Below the pieces are notes generated by a model. That model saw only the letters and a list, made by a program, of their open reading frames with translations. It was not told where the DNA came from and ran no database searches. A stretch of 61,328 nucleotides of DNA, from the NCBI GenBank assembly GCA_017626815.1, contig JAGAHY010000187.1, positions 1-61,328 on the forward strand, read 5' to 3'. Origin of the DNA: Bacilli bacterium. Lineage in GTDB: Bacteria > Bacillota_I > Bacilli_A > RFN20 > CAG-826. A program made the position numbers and the translations under genes. How positions within the stretch are numbered: the first letter of the stretch is position 1; every line of letters starts with the position of its first letter. This document shows, in pieces, positions 58,773-61,328 of this stretch.

Positions 58773-59180
58773 TCAGTAAACTATCTCATATCTTTCAATG
58801 AACCATCCATCTGCTCCACGTCGGATGATTTTCGATGAATCGAGTTTGTATTTGTCTTCTTTAGCCTTTTCTTCTTTCATCAGCCAACATTTTTTTGCTG
58901 AAGTGCATGGCTCAAATTGGTAGTAGAAGCATGTCCCATCGTTGGTGAAATATTCGTAATTCAGCACATACAAGTATTTTTGGTTCTTTCTGATAGGAAC
59001 ATCAAATTCAGTTTCTTCTAAAGTCCAGTCTGCGGTTAGTTCTTCTAGTATTCGCTTTTTAGCAAACAAAAATTTCCTGTGATTGACCCAAAAACCATCA
59101 CTCAGCCGGATTTCTTTTTTCTCCCCATCCTCTAAATCCACGGAATCAAAGAACACTTCTTCAAGCAAATATATTTTCAT
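58773..59180 (-). CDS. Orphan immunity-like cytoplasmic protein (135 aa), unknown family
   Basis: A clean ORF (MKIYLLEEVFFDSVDLEDGEKK...) in the toxin/immunity island with no intact toxin ORF upstream. It is visibly more AT-rich than the core genes. Confidence 0.5.
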   Translation of the reverse strand: MKIYLLEEVFFDSVDLEDGEKKEIRLSDGFWVNHRKFLFAKKRILEELTADWTLEETEFDVPIRKNQKYLYVLNYEYFTNDGTCFYYQFEPCTSAKKCWLMKEEKAKEDKYKLDSSKIIRRGADGWFIERYEIVY

Positions 59181-59341
59181 TTTACATCATGTGACGTATG
59201 ACTCGGTCCAACCATTTTCTGAGGGCTCAGATGTGGTCGCAGGCTCGAGATGTCTTATCTGTCATCAGCCGGATCATCGTCCGCGCTGCCTGGCCTCGGG
59301 TTCTTCCCGATAAATGAGTTGTCTATATTCTAGCACCTGAC

Positions 59342-59425
59342 GCGCTTGAATAAGTAATCCCCTCACTTAAAACCTCCCGAGATCCGCGATGCTTGAGAAA
59401 ACTTCCCTCACATGAAACCTCTCGA
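59342..59425. repeat. Two tandem ~40-nt imperfect repeats
   Basis: GCGCTTGAATAAGTAATCCCCTCACTTAAAACCTCCCGA versus ATGCTTGAGAAAACTTCCCTCACATGAAACCTCTCGA. A related CCTCTCGGA motif also occurs at 58640-58648. Confidence 0.7.
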
Positions 59426-59465
59426 AAAAAGGGAAACTTAAGAAAACACGCCTGAAAATGTTATC

Positions 59466-59544
59466 CCTTGCTAAACGGGATAAGGAGCTGGCTCAATCTG
59501 CGTCAGTTCCACTTCCGACGAGGTCGGACAGCAGGAAACCCGCT
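59466..59544 (-). repeat. Copy B of the ~80-nt structured repeat
   Basis: Minus strand: AGCGGGTTTCCTGCTGTCCGACCTCGTCGGAAGTGGAACTGACGCAGATTGAGCCAGCTCCTTATCCCGTTTAGCAAGG. It starts 5 nt after the stop at 59550. Confidence 0.8.
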
Positions 59545-59549
59545 TGACA

Positions 59550-60023
59550 TCAATAAATAGACGGCAAAGGGCCAGAAAAGAATTGCCTTATGAATTTCAC
59601 GCCCTCATCGTTGCATGGGATGAAGATTGCCGAGTTTCTTCTCAGCCGATCTTCATAGTTGCTTACGCCGTCAACGAGAACAAAATATGTCCCATCACGC
59701 ATGAGAGTTACTTTTTTGATTTCTTTAACCGCGCTTATCGAAATCGTCTTCTTAAATCCAAACAAATGCCCTCGCCTATCTAAAACCCCATCATGCAAAT
59801 ACACAACGTTGCAGGATTTATTGGTCGCTAAAGAAGTGGCGACAAAGAAAGAAACGCTTAACGCATGAGAACTTACCCAAGTAACCACCTTCCCTGGATT
59901 TGTCGTTCCTTTCGAAAACAGCACAACGGCAAGAACGTTGAACGCAAGAGTCAGGGCAAGAACAATTGTCCAAATGAAAAGGGCTCCCTTATCTACCAGA
60001 ATTCGGTTTTCATTTCGCTTCAT
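59550..60023 (-). CDS. Membrane immunity protein candidate (2 TM helices + small beta-rich, bPH-like domain)
   Basis: ORF track gives 59550..60050. I moved the start to the ATG at 60023 (MKRNENRILV), which forms an ATGA overlap with the toxin stop. Two TM helices are followed by an ~85-aa soluble domain. Confidence 0.6.
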   Translation of the reverse strand: MKRNENRILVDKGALFIWTIVLALTLAFNVLAVVLFSKGTTNPGKVVTWVSSHALSVSFFVATSLATNKSCNVVYLHDGVLDRRGHLFGFKKTISISAVKEIKKVTLMRDGTYFVLVDGVSNYEDRLRRNSAIFIPCNDEGVKFIRQFFSGPLPSIY

Positions 60024-60841
60024 GCTGTTTTCTCCTTTTGGAGGTACCACTTAATAATATCGATAATAGTTGTATACCCCGACGGGATGACATTAAGCTG
60101 AGCACCCAATATAAAACTAATTAATAGGCTTAGGTCGGTTCCGCCGAAACCGCCGAGCACCGTGCTTAAAGTATTGAATGTTCCATTTTCTAACGCGCTC
60201 CAGCCAACTTGGTCAAAGCGAACTTTAGAAATATCCCAATCGCTATTAGACCATTGGTTGAAAAACTCCTGGGCACCGCCGACAACCGCCCCAGCAGTGA
60301 AGCCAATTCCTAGCCCAATCCCCCAGGCTGCTCCAGTTGCGAGAGTGTGTCCTGCCACAACAGCAGTACCGCCAGCGATAACCGGAGCAATGAAAACGGA
60401 TCCGACTCCAGCGCCAGCGCCCATCACAGCCCCGCCTAACGCTCCAAAGAGCACACCCAAGCCTACATTTCCTCCCGTTGCGGCTGCGGTTATTCCACCA
60501 GCGGCACCTCCGACAACAGCGCCTGCAGCCGCTCCTATTAACACTGCCCAGAAAATAACGCTGGCAGTAATCGCGAAGTGACCCGTCCTATCTGTATAGT
60601 TGACCGGGTTGTTGTAGCAATAGCAGTACAGGCTCAGCCCGCTGGGGGAGGAGAAGTCGGCGTATTGCGGGGAGTCCGGGGAGAGGAAGCGCCCGAAGCA
60701 GGGGTCGTAGGCGCGGCAACCCAGGATGTATAACCCCCGACGCGCCATCGCCGACGACGAGAAAACCACTGGCCGCTCAGGGGAATGGCCCCAGGGCCGT
60801 TTGTTCTCCATTGTGATGCTTGCGCCTACCATAAACACCAT
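60020..60841 (-). CDS. 5'-truncated RHS/YD-repeat protein tip with a glycine-zipper hydrophobic C-terminal toxin domain
   Basis: GLYILGCRAYDPCFGRFLSPDS...LYCYCYNNPVNYTDRTGH matches the end of the RHS core (YYxRARYYDPxxGRFxSxDP ... PxxxxDPxGL). About 185 aa follow that are rich in GxxxG/A stretches. No RHS body lies upstream, only an IS66 relic. Confidence 0.65.
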   Translation of the reverse strand: MVFMVGASITMENKRPWGHSPERPVVFSSSAMARRGLYILGCRAYDPCFGRFLSPDSPQYADFSSPSGLSLYCYCYNNPVNYTDRTGHFAITASVIFWAVLIGAAAGAVVGGAAGGITAAATGGNVGLGVLFGALGGAVMGAGAGVGSVFIAPVIAGGTAVVAGHTLATGAAWGIGLGIGFTAGAVVGGAQEFFNQWSNSDWDISKVRFDQVGWSALENGTFNTLSTVLGGFGGTDLSLLISFILGAQLNVIPSGYTTIIDIIKWYLQKEKTA

Positions 60842-60935
60842 TGGGTTTTCGATTGGCCAGAAACGATGCGCCGACCGAATCCACTTATCCGCCCATTATA
60901 TTACCAAACGATCGGGCACGCGGAAACTAAAATAC

Positions 60936-61235
60936 CTGTTATACGTCAAAGACGCCGAAGATTTTTACACGCCGAAGGAGTATTTCGACAACGGCAGCGA
61001 GGATTTCTTCTCGTTCCTTTCGGACGGCTCCCTCCCACTGGACAGCAACCGCGCCGAGCGCGCTTCCACGCTCATGACGCTGCTGGAGAACGCGCTCCTG
61101 CGCGGCCTAGACGCGGAGGGCTATCTGACGTGAACGCTATTCAACGTGCTGCGGGTGCCCCCGGAAGAGCTTTTGCCTTGGTCGCCCAAAGTCCCCGAAT
61201 CCATCAAGTTGAAGCACGCGATCAAAAATCTATAG
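60936..61235 (+). pseudogene. IS66-family transposase C-terminal relic
   Basis: FLSDGSLPLDSNRAERA / STLMTLLENALLRGLDAEGYLT*TLF...ELLPWSPK resembles the IS66 Tnp C-terminus (LxDGRxxxDNNxAER ... GLDPxxYL ... LLPWN). It has an internal deletion and an in-frame TGA. Confidence 0.6.
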
Positions 61236-61276
61236 CAAAAAAAGCCGCAAAAATTGAGCTTTTTTGCTATAGATTT
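61226..61276. repeat. Perfect 17-bp inverted repeat (terminator-like hairpin)
   Basis: AAATCTATAGCAAAAAA (61226-61242) and TTTTTTGCTATAGATTT (61260-61276), with a 17-nt loop. Confidence 0.8.
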
Positions 61277-61328
61277 CCGAAAAAACGTCGATGGCAATCT
61301 AGCAAGGGTATTTTAATGAAACATACCA

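Noticed and set aside
59083-59313. 76-aa plus-strand ORF in the spacer upstream of the 135-aa immunity-like gene
   Set aside because: It partly overlaps the minus-strand gene in antisense. It has no SD and a Ser/Cys/Arg-rich composition.
58671-59544. Interpreting the ~80-nt repeats as integron attC sites, tRNA fragments or group II intron domain V
   Set aside because: The elements lack the RYYYAAC/GTTRRRY core pair (the 3' end reads GTTTAGC) and a T-arm GTTCRA. They also lack a 34-nt AGC-bulge-GNRA hairpin. No integrase is present in the window.
1-61328. Window-wide look for CRISPR arrays, rRNA, tRNA, prophage structural genes or recognisable defence-system enzymes
   Set aside because: I found no regularly spaced direct repeats, no tRNA-like cloverleaf with a T-arm, and no nuclease, methylase, SIR2, TIR or STAND-type domains. 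The only accessory content is the IS/composite unit, the toxin-immunity island and the small insert next to secA.

Overview
This is a 61.3-kb chromosomal segment from a mid-GC Bacillota-type genome. The gene order looks Bacilli/Erysipelotrichia/Mollicutes-like: uvrB, yitT, secA-prfB, comFA-comFC, prfA-prmC-tsaC/rpiB, dnaX-ybaB-recR-tmk-holB-ricT-rsmI. I call about 60 genes. They are tightly packed and many are coupled by ATGA or TAATG overlaps. I saw no rRNA, tRNA or CRISPR array.

Most of the window is housekeeping (replication, translation termination, secretion, repair) plus transporters and hydrolases. The parts worth a second look are listed below.

1. The 5' end of a group II intron sits directly behind an intrinsic terminator at the left edge of the window.
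2. SecA is about 200 aa too long because its C-terminal helical module is tandemly duplicated.
3. One ORF fuses TsaC (YrdC-type) to RpiB.
4. RicT/YaaT carries a roughly 165-aa Q/N/P-rich tail.
5. A translationally coupled module encodes an internally duplicated DUF1538-like membrane protein followed by two P-II-like proteins. It lies inside an 11-kb co-directional gene string that ends in a giant YfhO-type protein.
6. The copA-copZ-csoR operon has a perfect CsoR-type palindrome over its leader.
7. A 5.2-kb composite-transposon-like unit lies 30 bp upstream of the cop promoter. It consists of a deleted IS4/IS1634-like copy, a BspA-type LRR lipoprotein gene and an intact IS copy, and it is flanked by a 7-bp direct repeat (ATGATAA).
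8. A decayed polymorphic-toxin island follows. It holds a 5'-truncated RHS tip with a glycine-zipper toxin domain, an ATGA-coupled membrane immunity gene and a second orphan immunity-like gene. Two copies of an approximately 80-nt element follow the immunity-like ORFs, and their central hairpin is maintained by compensatory substitutions. An IS66 relic ends the island.

All family assignments come from motifs read by eye and from memory. No database search was run.
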